Positions 14,436 through 27,815 of a DNA stretch of 64,000 bases are shown here, piece by piece. Source of the DNA: Octopus vulgaris (lineage: Eukaryota); contig OX597835.1 of assembly GCA_951406725.2 (NCBI GenBank), positions 42,966,001-43,030,000 of the forward strand, read 5' to 3'. The first letter of the stretch is position 1, and each line of letters begins with the position of its first letter. The notes under the pieces were generated by a model. It made no database searches. It had not been told where the DNA came from and saw only the letters and a program-made list of their open reading frames with translations. Made by a program: the position numbers and the translations under genes.

Positions 14436-15442
14436 TGGCAGTCCTCGTTGCCATCATTTCATGTCCATGGGTTGAACAGTTTGGCAAGATTAAAAGAACT
14501 ACAGGGCTGCATCATATGCCATGTCAGCTTTGACATGTTTTTGTTTTTTTTTTATGGCTGGTTACCCTTCCTAACATCAACAGTTTTACAGAGCATGCTG
14601 GGTGCTTTTATCATGCTGCCAGCACCAGTGAGGTTACCAAATAACTCCAGCACCAAACAAGACTCCCACCAAAACATGTTGAATATGGAGTCATTAAGCC
14701 GAGCCAAATGATCAGTGTCGAAACAGCTGTGCCCAGTTGTCTCATTCTGAGTAGTATAGTATTTCCTTGAGTGGTACATGATAACGTCCAGTGGTACATG
14801 ATAATGTCCAGTGGTACTGAAGTTTGGTGATACAGTGCTATAGATTCAGGGATGAAGTGCATACTTCATTTCTTTTGCTGTCTTCGATTTTTGAAGCACA
14901 GTCATGCTGGAGCATAAGCCTGAAGGTTTCAGTCAACAACATCAACCCCCGTATACCATACATACACAAATGCTAAGCAATCTCAAAAACATGACCCATC
15001 ACCACCACCGCCACTGCCACTACCACCACCACCACCACTACCACTGCCACTGCCACTACCACCACCACCACCACCATCACCACTACCACTGCCACTACCA
15101 CCACCACCACTGCCACCACTGCCACTACCACCACCACCACCACCACTGCCACAACACCACCACCACCACCACTGCCACTACCAGCACCACCACCACCAAC
15201 AACACCACCACCACTGCCACTACCAGCACCACCACCACCACCACTACCACCACCACCATCACCACCACCAACATCATGACAATCACCATCAACTGTTATT
15301 GCTGGATACATGTATAACCACAGAGTTTCTAGAATTTTCATTGAAATAATTGAGGAAACACTGTATTCTGAATCCAACACTAGCACCATCAAAAGAACTG
15401 CCATCAACTTACTGCAAGCTTAAAACTGTTTTTGATATTAAA

Positions 15443-15808
15443 CTAGCACTATGACCCGGTGTTGCCGGGTCATAGTGCTAGAGCATGCATATACAGCTGC
15501 GTGCATGCGCACATACACGCGAGTACTGTCCAAATCTCTGACCAATCACATACAGCTAGCTGGCATTCAATTGGCGTATCAAGTTTCAGGCATTTTGATT
15601 GGGTTTTGGATAGAAAATTCACAAAAAAGTTACTTCTATTGATTTTTTAATGGCTTTATGGGGTGACTGGGGAAATGTAAAGATGTGCACGACCACCCTT
15701 GGACGGTTTTGAATGATCATAGAAAGTGTGAGCCTTCTAACTGAAAAATTGTGGATTTGTATAAAGGACACATACACAGACATTTTGCCGTTTATATATA
15801 GAGAGAGA
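15443..15808 (-). mobile_element. Non-autonomous Helitron-like element, copy 2
   Basis: Colinear and highly similar to 7720-8083; same termini and A|T target. Confidence 0.75.
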
Positions 15809-17416
15809 TATAGCCTGTTACCATTGTTGCTGTTGGCTATGGCTATAACTGCTATGTTTCTAGAACTTTATTTCATTAAAATATTTGTGGCAAAGCTGTG
15901 ACTTGAACTCAATACTACCAGCTTCACAACAACCACTACCAGCTGTTACTGCCGGCAACAAATATAAAAGTAGTGTTACAAGAATTTTCATTGAAATAAT
16001 TGAGGAAAAACTGTTGTTTGAACCCAACATTACCAGCATCAGGAAACACACCATCAACAATTACGGCTGGTTACAACTGTTTAATTTCAACTGTAATCAA
16101 AATTTCATCTATGGTCAAAGAGATTCCCACTCCAGCTCTATGTAATTCTTTTGTACGCTTGATGAAGCTGCCGAGTATCCCTGAGGTCACACACTACTAT
16201 CTTAAAAGACAAATGACGCAGGGAAAATATTGTTTAAGATAAACTGTTCTGAGTAAAACACAACAGGAAGTTGCCACATGGATGGAATATCTTTGTTTGT
16301 AAGTCTGTCTGCAGCAAATATCCAGAATAATCTATTTGATCTTCTATTTGTTCATTCAAATAATCAAGGCAAAATTTTAATCTGAACCCAGTACTAGCAG
16401 CATCATGACAACTGCCATCAACTGTTACTTATTTTTTTACTACCCACAAGGGACTAAACATAGAGGGGACAAACAAGGACAGACAAAGGTATTAAGTTGA
16501 TTACATCGACCCCAGTGCGTAACTGGTACTTAATTTATCGACCCCGAAAGGATGAAAGGCAAAGTCGACCTCAGCAGAATTTGAACTCACAACACAACAT
16601 CATCATCATCATCATCGTTTAACGTCCGTTTTCCATGCTAGCACGGGTTGGACGGTTCGACCGGGGTCTGGGAAGCCAGAGGCTGTTCCAGGCTCCAGTC
16701 TGATCTGGCAGAGTTTCTACGGCTGGATGCCCTTCCTAACGCCAACCAATCCGCGAGTGTAGTGGGTGCTTTTTACGTGCCACCTGCACAGGTGCCAGGG
16801 GGGGGGGTCCGGCATCGGCCATGATCGGTTGGAGCTTTTAACATGTCAGCGGCACAGAAGCCAGCCAAGGCAGCGCTGGCAACGGCCACGTTCGGATGGT
16901 GCTTTTTATGTGCCAGACAAAATACCGCTAAGCATTTCTCCCGGCGCGCTAACAGTTCTGCCAGCTCGCCACCTTAACTGTTACTGCTGGCTACAACTGT
17001 AACTACCAAGTTACTAGAACTTTCACTGAAATAATCGAGGCAAAACTGTTATTTGAACACAATACTAGCAGCGACTGTAACTGCTGAGGTACTAGAATTT
17101 CATTGAAATAATCCAGTCAAAACTGGAATGTTAACTCAACATGACCAGCATCCAACTTTAATCTGTTGCTGCTGACTACAACTGTTTAACTCTTTTCAAA
17201 CCAATTCACCTGAAACGGCCTTTGGTTCTATCATAAAATTTCTCTCTTCTAAAATTATCAAAATTAAAACCTTCCATCAATATTTCATGTTAATTTATGC
17301 TTCAAACACCAATTTAATAATGACAAATTTATTTTCATAAATTCTCCATTTTTTTCAAAATTTACTGAAACAAAAGCAGTGTATTTCAACAGAAATATGT
17401 TAACAGAAATATGGCT

Positions 17417-17579
17417 TAGGAGTGGCTGTGTGGTAAGTAGCTTGCTTACCTACCACATGATTCCAGGTTCAGTCCCACTGTATGACACCTTGGGCAAGTG
17501 TCTTCTACTATAGCCTCGGGCCAACCAAAGCCTTGTGAGTGGATTTGGTAAACGGAAACTGAAAGAAGCCTGTTGTATA

Positions 17580-17625
<46 letters not shown>

Positions 17626-17883
17626 GGTGTGTGTGTGGGTGTGTGTGGGTGTGTGCGTGTGTACATGTTTGTTTGTTTGTGTTTGTCCCTCCAACGACGC
17701 TTGACAACCAATGCTGGTGTGTTTACATCCCCGTACCTTAGCGGTTCAGCAAAAGAGACCAATAGAATAAGTACTAGGCTTACAAAGTATAAGTTCTGGG
17801 GTCGATTTGCTCGACTAAAAGTGGTGCTCCAGTATGGCCACAGTCAAATGACTGAAACAAGTAAAAGAGTAAAAGAGTAAAAA
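17417..17883 (+). mobile_element. SINE A full copy
   Basis: Head, microsatellite and tail all present. Confidence 0.85.
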
Positions 17884-18437
17884 GTAAGAAAAAGATTCAT
17901 TTAACTGTAGACAAAAATTCCCCCACAATCAAAGAGTTCACAACCCCAACTCTATACAATTCTTTGGTATGCTTGAAGTAGCAGTCAAGTCTCCCTTAAA
18001 TCACATACTACCATTATAACAGAGGAAGGATTCACTGGAAAATGTAGTCACCAGAACTCTCCCTTTGGATGAACGACTTCAATGGAATTATTGTCCCCAT
18101 CGAACCGAGAAATTTCTATTAAGATTTGGAAGAAAAGGAAATGGAAAGCAAACACCCATGAGAAAATAAAACACTTTGGAAACGTGAGAGGAAGGCAGCA
18201 ATGGAGATGAAAAAAATAGGAGAAAGATGATTGGATAAATGATATTGTTCTTCGAGTTGCGTAGCGGATTTATTGGAGAGAATCGTGGAGTTTGGATTAT
18301 TTTTGCAACTCAGTTGTGCTTCTTCATCTCAAATTGGTTAGAAGAGATAAAAATCAATTTATTCGCACAGGGAGTATTGATTGGAAGCTAATAAAAGAAC
18401 AGACATGCACCCACACAACAATGTGTGGGTGTTTATG

Positions 18438-18662
<225 letters not shown>

Positions 18663-18729
18663 ACACACATATATATATCTATATATCTCTATTTATATAT
18701 ATATACATATATATACATATATATATATA

Positions 18730-18779
<50 letters not shown>

Positions 18780-19142
18780 AATAGAGATATATAGATATAG
18801 ATACAGATATAGATACATATATGTAATATATCTGGGTGATATATATATGTGTATCAATTGTGTAGGTGGGTGTATGCATGCACATATGTACACACCCACA
18901 TATATGCATTATACACATGTGTACACACACACACAGACACACACACACACAGATTCATATTTAGTGTTTATAGTTGTCTGTTCAATTATTAGTGGTATCA
19001 ACAAAGAATTCCATCCACCAAGAGATGAATATCATTTAACAAATGGTGCATTTAAATGTGGGCGACTACAAGTTTGATGTTCTGATAATACACAGCACAC
19101 CAAACCACCTCATCCAACTACATATAAATATGGATATGTGTG

Positions 19143-19181
<39 letters not shown>

Positions 19182-19183
<2 letters not shown>

Positions 19184-19546
19184 TCTTTACTCTTTTACTC
19201 TTTTACTTGTTTCAGTCATTTGACTGCGGCCATGCTGGAGCACCGTCTTTTAGTCGAGAAAATCGACCCCGGGACTTATTCTTTGTAAGCCCAGTACTTA
19301 TTTTATCGGTTGTCAAGCAATGCTAGGGGGACAAACACAGACACACAAACACATACACACACACATATATATATACATATATACGACAGGCTTCTTTCAG
19401 GTTCCGTCTACCAAATCCACTCACAAGGCATTGGTCGGCCCGGGGCTATAGCAGAAGACACTTGCCCAAGATGCCACGCAGTGGGACTGAACCCGGAACC
19501 ATGTGATTGGTTAGCAAGCTACTTACCACACAGCCACTCCTGCGCC
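19182..19546 (-). mobile_element. SINE A with internal deletion
   Basis: Lacks the CTCTTTTGCC..CACCAGC segment. Confidence 0.8.
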
Positions 19547-19659
19547 TATATATGTATATAAGTTCAGCAACTTTAGATTCAGATGAATATAGTACTTAAG
19601 TCAAAGACATACAGAATTTTGTATGGTATTATCCATATAAATCCATGGGGTGATTACAA

Positions 19660-20035
19660 TTAAAATAAGTAACAAGTATATCCAAGGTAATGTGGTACGA
19701 TCATTTCATACTACTTCATTTTATTAAACACTGTAAGCATTACATCAGTTTTAAAATGTCGAGCAATCTACAGCCACCTATAGAAATTTTTGAATCAAAC
19801 GGACAATGCACATTCTTATCCCTATCTCTGTCTTTTATATCTACCCTCTTTATAATGTTGTCAAATGAAATAGGGATAAGAATGTGCATTGTCCGTTTGA
19901 TTGGGAAATTTCTATATGTAGCTGAAGATTGCTTGACATTTTAAAACTGATGTAATGCTTACAGTGTTTAATAAAATGAAGTAGCATGAAACGATCGTAC
20001 CACATTACCTCGGATATACTTGTTGCTTATTTTAA
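19660..20035. mobile_element. Fold-back element (~165-bp arms, ~45-bp spacer) carrying hammerhead H2
   Basis: 19660-19825 is the reverse complement of 19870-20035; the left side extends to ~19561; (TA)n at the right end. Confidence 0.8.
19916..20005 (+). ncRNA. Type I hammerhead ribozyme motif (family H2)
   Basis: ATGTAG-CTGAAGA-T-TGCT..AGCA-T-GAAA-CGATCG-TA-CCACAT; palindromic stem III ACGATCGT. The inverted arm (19690-19779, minus) holds a decayed copy (CTGTAGA, GAAATGATCGTA). Confidence 0.75.
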
Positions 20036-20310
20036 ATATATATATATATATATATACTGTCAGTAGAAACACAAATCCAAAGAAGAAGTATGCTCTAAGT
20101 TATAGGGCAGTTTATAATATGAATTAAATTAGATCTATCACTACAGAGGCTTTGAACAAGTTAATGAATACAAAAAAATACGTGACATCTCAACGCTTCT
20201 AAAGCAAACTTCGCTTGTTTGCTTACATTCATCGTTATTTGAATCTAACGTATGATAGTGTCTCGTAAAATGAGATTTCTATATATCTTAAATTTGCGGA
20301 AGAATTTGTG

Positions 20311-20404
20311 GTGTGGATGGTTTAGATTAATAGTTCGGAGCACCGTGACATGTAATCACGGAGGTGTGAGTTCAAGTTTCATACCCGGCCGCCAACACTT
20401 TTTT
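20311..20404 (+). pseudogene. Decayed tRNA-like sequence followed by T6, inside a ~312-bp repeat unit
   Basis: A-box-like TGGTTTAG, D stem GTTT/GAGC, stem CCGTGA/TCACGG, T arm GTGAG-TTCAAGT-TTCAT, ends GCCA then TTTTTT; acceptor stem is poor and isotype unresolved. Confidence 0.45.
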
Positions 20405-20622
20405 CTGCAAAATAGGGGTGGCTTATCCTGTTCAGGCTATATTATTAGCATCATCCCGCGTTTGAGAATTTAAAATCACTTCTTTAACTTTCTAAGACAT
20501 CTCAACGCTTCTAAAGCAAACATCATTTGTTTGTTTACGTTCATCGTAATTTGAATTATATATATACATATATACATATTTAAGTCCAAGACTGTGAAAT
20601 ATTTCAGAACATTTATATATAG

Positions 20623-20670
20623 GTCTTACAGCTGTTTCCAGGATATTTTATATATCCCTTCATCGGAGAC
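20623..20670 (-). ncRNA. Type I hammerhead ribozyme motif with CCGATGA core
   Basis: Reverse complement GTCT-CCGATGA-A-GGGATAT-ATAAA-ATATCCT-G-GAAA-CAGCTG-TA-AGAC; palindromic stem III ACAGCTGT. Confidence 0.72.
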
Positions 20671-22099
20671 GGTGTGAGAGAATGGTTAAGCAATAGTTAT
20701 TATAGAGAAAATATGAAACAGAGAGTGAAGCGGAGGAATGAAAATAGACGTGAGATATGCAGGGATATTGTATCTATTTTCATTATTTAGGCAGAATGGT
20801 ATATATATATATATATATAAGATTCCTGTACCTTGTGAGTAACTTCCAATAGTAATTAAGTTCCAATAGTATTTTTTTTGTATATATATATACACACGCT
20901 GATATATGACCTATGTTGGACTCCTCATTTGCATGAGTCCTGATTGGAAGAAGAAGAAGAAGACTACTACAGCATATACTTGATCACGAAAATACAAATT
21001 TCACAACTTGCAGAGTAAACACAGCAATGTCACTCAGCCCACCACTGCCTCATGAAGGTCAATGTAAGCTCTCACTGCACATGCAACCATGTGCTGCCAT
21101 CTGTTGGCATGCAACAGAACTAGCAGGGAACTTTTTAATACCACCTATTATTACAACCCCACTAAGTTGAAGTGGAGTGGGGGGGGGGCAGTGATTTTTC
21201 AATATTTTTCTTCGTCTTGTTTTATGGCGACCCCACTGGTGCTGGTGTCACGAAAAAGGCACCCGTTGCACTCTGTGAAGTGGTTGATGTTAGAAAGGGC
21301 ATCAAGGTGGAGAAACCAGGCCAAAGCAGACACTGGAATTGAATGTGGCCCTCTGGCTCATCAGATCCTGTCTAACCATCGAATCCATGCTAACGTGGAA
21401 AACTCGTGTCAAACAATGATGATGGTAGTCATGGTGATAGCAGTGGTAGTGATGGTGGTGGTTGTGGTGGTGGTGGTGATGAAGATGGTAGTGGCTGATG
21501 ATGATGGTTGATGACAATGAAGATAAGGAGGAGGAGGATAGTCGATGATGATGGTGGTGGCATGGTGGTGGTGGTGGTGGTGGTGGTGGTGGTGGTGATG
21601 AGGATGGTGATGGCTGATGATGATGATTGATGAAGAATAAGGAGGAGGAGGAGGATAGTCGATGATGATGGTGGTTGATGATGATGATGATGATGATCAT
21701 GACTACAATGAATATGATGAAGTGGTGGTGATGATGATGATGATGATGATGACTAAACAGACATTTGAAAGTCATTCAAGGCAATTTCAATAATAATAAT
21801 AATAATGATAATAATAACAAAAAAAATTTTAAAAGACAGACAGTTCTATTGTTTCTTTTTTGATCATGTTTCGATCTAAAAGAACATTTCCAAATAACAA
21901 ATAAATTACTGGGGACACGGAAAACAAAATTTAATCAACTGATGTCTCCCGAGGAATATCTGAAAATGTTTGAATTCAAATTGTGTTAGCAAATTACTGC
22001 CAGACCGGCGCTGTTGCATTTCCATCAAGAAGATGTCAGTCTAGTCCTTCAACACTGTTCCAATGAATCATTCAGAAAGTAGGATTTTTTACAATGAAA

Positions 22100-22150
<51 letters not shown>

Positions 22151-22309
22151 TGGTGGTGATAAATAATAATAAATTGTTTGGTTTCATATATTTGATGTTT
22201 CGAGGTGAAGACTGAAAAATACATTTCATAAATCACTTGGAAACCATTCCACATTAAAAGCCAGATGAATCTGAGATGACACACACAGACAGACATACAT
22301 GTGTGTGTA

Positions 22310-22500
<191 letters not shown>

Positions 22501-22980
22501 GGCAGTGTGAGCTGGCAGAAACGTTAGCACGCCAGACGAAGTGCTTAGCGGTATTTCTTCGTCTGTCTTTATGTTCTGAGTTCAAATTCCACCAAAGTTG
22601 ACTTTGCCTTTCATCCTTTCAGGCTTGATAAATTAAGTACCAGTTGCATACTGGGGTCGATCTAATCAACTGCCCTCACCCTCCAACAATTTTGGCCTTG
22701 TGCCTAGAGTCGAAAAGTATATATATATATATATATATAAAAAGAAATCTGGCCGAAATAAGATTAAGATTAATGTAAAAAATAAATAACACTGAAGCAA
22801 AATAACACCAAATATATATAGTGCGTGTGTTTTTATTGGCTAAACTGGCAAAATGACCATTCCGAAATATAACAATATATATATATAATTATTAATATTT
22901 GAGGGAATAAAGTCCAAAACTTACAAGGAAAAAATTCAATTTAGAAATACTAAATCAAATTTCACACAATATAATATATA

Positions 22981-23220
22981 TATATATAAAATTAGAAAAA
23001 AAAAAACACCTTCTATCAATTCAAATGAACAATTAAATTACACCATCCAGAAAATTACATATAATAGAAATTATTATTTTTTGCAATTTACTTAATCTTT
23101 GACATTTTATTATTATTTTAATGTTAATATTTCTATTATATGTAATTTTCTAGATGGTGTAATTTAATTGTTCATTTTGAATTGATAAAAAATGGGGTTT
23201 TTTCTAATTTTATATATATA
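22981..23220. repeat. Fold-back element (~90-bp arms) between (TA)n tracts
   Basis: AAAATTAGAAAAAA..TATCAATTCAAATGAACAATTAAATTACACCATC.. mirrored at 23127-23220. Confidence 0.85.
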
Positions 23221-23393
23221 TATATATGTGTGTGTATTTTGGCAGGGCTTACTGTTAGGAAGTCGGCCGTATGCTAGAAACAGATCATCAACGATCAAAC
23301 TACAAGGAAATTCTCTAGAGGAAAGATTCAGCGAACACCAGAACCAAATTTGGCGGGCAGGACAGATGAAAATTTATATAAAAAACAGAATTA

Positions 23394-23468
23394 AATGCAT
23401 ACCTCGGTTCGGCCTTTAACAAGAGAATTACTTACGTAATTCAAATGTCCGTGCTTCTTCAGTGCATT
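23394..23468 (-). ncRNA. Decayed hammerhead motif
   Basis: Reverse complement AATGCA-CTGAAGA-AGC..(GAATTAC/GTAATTC hairpin)..GGCC-GAA-CCGAGG-TA-TGCATT. 6-bp stem I is intact, GAAA lacks one A, stem II base is poor. Confidence 0.5.
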
Positions 23469-23486
23469 CGTTCATTCTATAAATAT

Positions 23487-23523
<37 letters not shown>

Positions 23524-23891
23524 GGTGGTGCTCCAGCATGGCCGCAGTCAATTGACTGAAACAAGTAAATGAGAAATGAGAATATCATCATCATCATCAT
23601 CATCATTTAGCATTCATTTTCCATGCTGGCATGGATTAGATGGTTTGACTGGAACTGGTAAATGAAAGAGCTCTACCAGGTTCCAGTCTGATTTTGGCTT
23701 GATTTCTATGGGTGGAAACTCTTCCAAACTCCAACAACACCAACAGTGTAGTGGTTGCCCTTTATGCGTCCCCAGCATGGGTGCCTGTCACATGTTACTG
23801 GCACAGGTGCCATCAACCTGTCACCAGTAGAGGTGCCTTATGTATTTCACCAACACCATCAGCATGGCTGCCTTTTAAGGGTCACTGGCAC

Positions 23892-24292
23892 TCTTTACTC
23901 TTTTACTTGTTTCACTCATTTGATTGTGGCCATGCTGGAGCACCACCTTTAGTCAAGCAAATCGACCCCAGAACTTATCCTTTGTAAGCCTAGTACTTAT
24001 TCTATCAGACTCTTTTGCTGAACCGCTAAGTTACAGGGACATAAACACACTAGCATCAGTTACCAAGCAATCTTGGGGAGACAAACACAGACACACAAAC
24101 ATACACATATATATATACATATACATATATATGATGGGCTTCTTTTCAGTTTCCATCTACCAAATCCACTCACAAGGCTTTGGTCGGTCTGAGGCTATAG
24201 TAGATGATACTTGCCCAAGATGCTACGCAGTGGGACTGAACCCAGAACCATGTGGTTGGTAAGCAAGCTCCTTACCACACAGCCACTCCTGC
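23892..24292 (-). mobile_element. SINE A full copy
   Basis: Family consensus, reverse strand. Confidence 0.85.
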
Positions 24293-24406
24293 ACCAATGT
24301 CTGCACTGTCCACAACTACCATTTCACTTGGAGTCTTCTCAAGCACAGCAAATCACAAAACGTCTCAATCATTTGTCAATAGTCTTTTGGGTAAGATCAA
24401 AGTGTA

Positions 24407-24554
<148 letters not shown>

Positions 24555-24559
24555 GTGTG

Positions 24560-24645
<86 letters not shown>

Positions 24646-24903
24646 AATATATACACACACACACACACACACACATATATTATATATATATATACATATT
24701 ATATATGTACATGTATATCATTTATTTGAAATTTATAGCAAAACAAAAGATGAAGACAGGTGTATGAACAAAAGCAGGTGTATTAGTTTGACACTCAGGA
24801 AAATGAAAAAGTCTTCAACAGAAAGAAATAAGAGAAAAAAAGAGAGAGAGAATGAAAAACAACTTGTAGATTTAGCAGTGAAGCATATATATATATATAT
24901 AAC

Positions 24904-25380
24904 TTATAAACAAGGACAAAAGAAAAATTATTTCTCTGCCAATATGCTGAGAACTGACTTTAAATCAGCAATTTCCACATTTCATTTTACAATCACTAAC
25001 TGGGGTACTTTGATGTACTCATGACTCTTGCTTATCCTTTTTTCCATGGATATGTGTAAGTATTTCATTTATTTCTTATCGTATTTTCTACTGATGAGGG
25101 AAGAATCCAAAAGATTAATCCCGAAATTGATTCAATATAGAAATAACGAACTTTTTTTTAAAATTCTGTTGGCTAGCTTTCCTCAATTTCAGCACGTGTA
25201 TTTATAGGGAATGTATAATGAAATGTGGAAATTGACGATTTAAAGTCTGTTATCAGCATATTGGCATAGAAATAATTTTTCTTTTGCCCTTGTTTATAAT
25301 TTTAACCTTTAAAGGTATTTTAATATGCTGCCACTTTTGATAAAATTTTTTTCTGAAAAAAATCTTATCCTATATTAGTA
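24904..25380 (+). mobile_element. Fold-back element: inverted arm, spacer with hammerhead, direct arm, tail
   Basis: 24904-24990 is the reverse complement of 25213-25299; hammerhead at 25080-25148; (TA)n on both sides. Confidence 0.8.
25080..25148 (+). ncRNA. Type I hammerhead ribozyme motif (canonical core)
   Basis: TTTCTA-CTGATGA-GGGA..(AATC/GATT)..TCCC-GAAA-TTGA-T-TCAA-TA-TAGAAA. Stem I TTTCTA/TAGAAA, stem II GGGA/TCCC, stem III ATTGA/TCAAT, AUA cleavage triplet. Confidence 0.85.
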
Positions 25381-25867
25381 GTATATATATATATATATAA
25401 ATGTATAAATATATATATATATATATATATACATACACACACACACACACACACAGAGGTCATAGTCAACTTACAATCACAACTGGTTCTGACTGACTGA
25501 TCATAAGTTAATTTGGTCGTAAGTTGACCTATAGGTCTACATAGCTTTATTTTATACTTTTACATTCTTAAGGGACATTCTCAGGCAAAAATCACACAGC
25601 ATTCTGTATTATACTATTATACTGGCATTAGTCAAAAATTATCTTATAAACAAATACAAGGTTGCCTTGATGTCTCCACAACAGGATAGTCATCCAACAC
25701 TTGGTGATCGATAACCTTGGGGAAGCATCTGTTAGCTGACATCATCCGTAGATGGGTTAATTTCTTAGAAATTAAACCCATTAGATTTCAACTGGACTAC
25801 TTATTATTGCTATCGGGAGCTGGTGCACCAGTCATCATAAGTCAGATAAGTCAGATAACCCGTGTTC

Positions 25868-25909
<42 letters not shown>

Positions 25910-26192
25910 CACAGTGACCAACCAGGCTATCAGATGTTGCTACACATCGCTGGTCACAATGCGCTTCGCATTGTTTTAGCCTTCAAATGGTGCCACCCTG
26001 CTGGCTAAGTGAGCAAGCCAACAGAAGAAAGAGTGAGAGAAAGTTATGGTGAAAGAGTCCAGCAGGGATCACCACCACCCCATGCCAGAGCATCATGGAG
26101 CTTTTAGGTGTTTTCACTCAATAAACACTCACAACGCCTGGTCTGGGAATGGAAACCGCGATCCTACGACCGTGAGTCTGCTGCCCTGACCT

Positions 26193-26408
26193 ATTTCTTT
26201 ACTACCCACAAGGGGCTAAACACAGGACAAACAAGGACAGACACACGGATTAAGTCGATTATATCGACCCCAGTGCGTGACTGGTACTTATTTAATCAAC
26301 CGCGAAAGGATGAAAGGCAAAGTCGACCTCGGTGGAATTTGAACTCAGAACGTGGCGGCAGATGAAATACTGCTAAGCATTTCGCCCAGCATGCTAACGT
26401 TTCTGCTA
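26193..26408 (-). mobile_element. SINE B nested in the head of a SINE D
   Basis: Flanks CCCTGACC / CCCTAACC (candidate TSD); the host resumes at 26411. Confidence 0.8.
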
Positions 26409-26440
26409 CCCTAACCACTGGTCCATTGCGCCTCCACATT

Positions 26441-26558
<118 letters not shown>

Positions 26559-26597
26559 TATATACATAGATGAATAACAGAAACTGGATTGAACAAC

Positions 26598-26810
26598 ATT
26601 CTTTATTTAAAATCATTAAAGTTGTTTGCACATATTGTTACGCATTGTTGTACATTGATGAAATGATATAATTAACAAGCTGTGTAATCACTGTCCCCCA
26701 TAAAATGCTGGATAGTACTGATTACACAATGCATTAATTATATTATCTCATCAACGTACAACAGGTGTAACAACGTGTGCAAACAATTGTAATGATTTTG
26801 AATAAAGAAT
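26598..26810. repeat. Diverged fold-back element (~95-bp arms) between (TA)n tracts
   Basis: ATTCTTTATTTAAAATCATT..GTGTAATCA versus TGATTACAC..AATGATTTTGAATAAAGAAT. Confidence 0.75.
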
Positions 26811-26823
26811 ATATATGCATATA

Positions 26824-26905
<82 letters not shown>

Positions 26906-26908
<3 letters not shown>

Positions 26909-27101
26909 GAGGGGTTGCTGGAAAGTTCCTGGCTTTAGGTAAAAGAAAATACAAGCAGGTCAGTTAAATTATCATTCAAACACTTATCGCAGTGGTCCTT
27001 CATTTTACTCTAAGCCCTGTAAAAGAGCTTGGAAGGGTGGGCCTGGAACCAGACCTTTTGCAATACCCTTAAAACCAGGAACTTTTTAGTACTCCCTCAT
27101 G
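26906..27101. mobile_element. mariner-type MITE
   Basis: TIRs CATGAGGGGTTGCTGGAAAGTTCCTGG / CCAGGAACTTTTTAGTACTCCCTCATG in TA context. Confidence 0.65.
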
Positions 27102-27155
27102 TGTGTATATATGTGTGTGTGTGTGCATGTGTATATATGCATGTATGTGTGTATG

Positions 27156-27197
<42 letters not shown>

Positions 27198-27221
27198 TAT
27201 GTGTGTGTGTGTATGTATATA

Positions 27222-27252
<31 letters not shown>

Positions 27253-27815
27253 CATCATCATCATCATCATCATCGTTTAACGTCCGTTCTCCATGCTAGC
27301 ATGGGTTGGACGGTTCGACCGGGGATCTGGGAAGCCAGAAGGCTGCACCAGGCTCCAGTCTTATCTGGCAATGTTTCTTCAGCTGGATATATATATATAT
27401 ACATATGTTTGTGTGTGTATATATACATATACATAGACACACACACACACACTCACACCCAAAAACACAAAACAGGCGAAAGAATAACTAACAGGGTGTA
27501 TTAGTTTAGCACTCAGGAAAAGTGGAAGAAGCCTTTAACAATTTAACGTATGTCATTAAACTCCTGTATTCATTAAATGATATTCATCTTGCTGGATTGA
27601 GTGAGTACTTCTTTTGCTGATCTGACAAACATATGGACTGTAATATATATTTATTATACATGTTACTTATAAGTCACATGTTATATCATGCAGATGAGTT
27701 CTAAAAGGAATGAAATAATCTATACGTTATTACTAAAAACTAGAAATTTTAAGAACTTCGTATTAAATAACCAAAAAAATTAACATGCAGATTCTATGTA
27801 TTCTGTTCCTAATGT

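Noticed and set aside
25454-25865. Possible Tigger/pogo-like MITE (GTCAACTTAC / GTAAGTTGAC)
   Set aside because: Termini are too decayed to define TIRs or a TSD.
26716-26800. Hammerhead-like CTGATTA..GTG-CAAA-CAATTG-TA in the 26.6-kb fold-back
   Set aside because: Two essential core positions deviate and stem I does not pair; not called, though it may be a distant relic.
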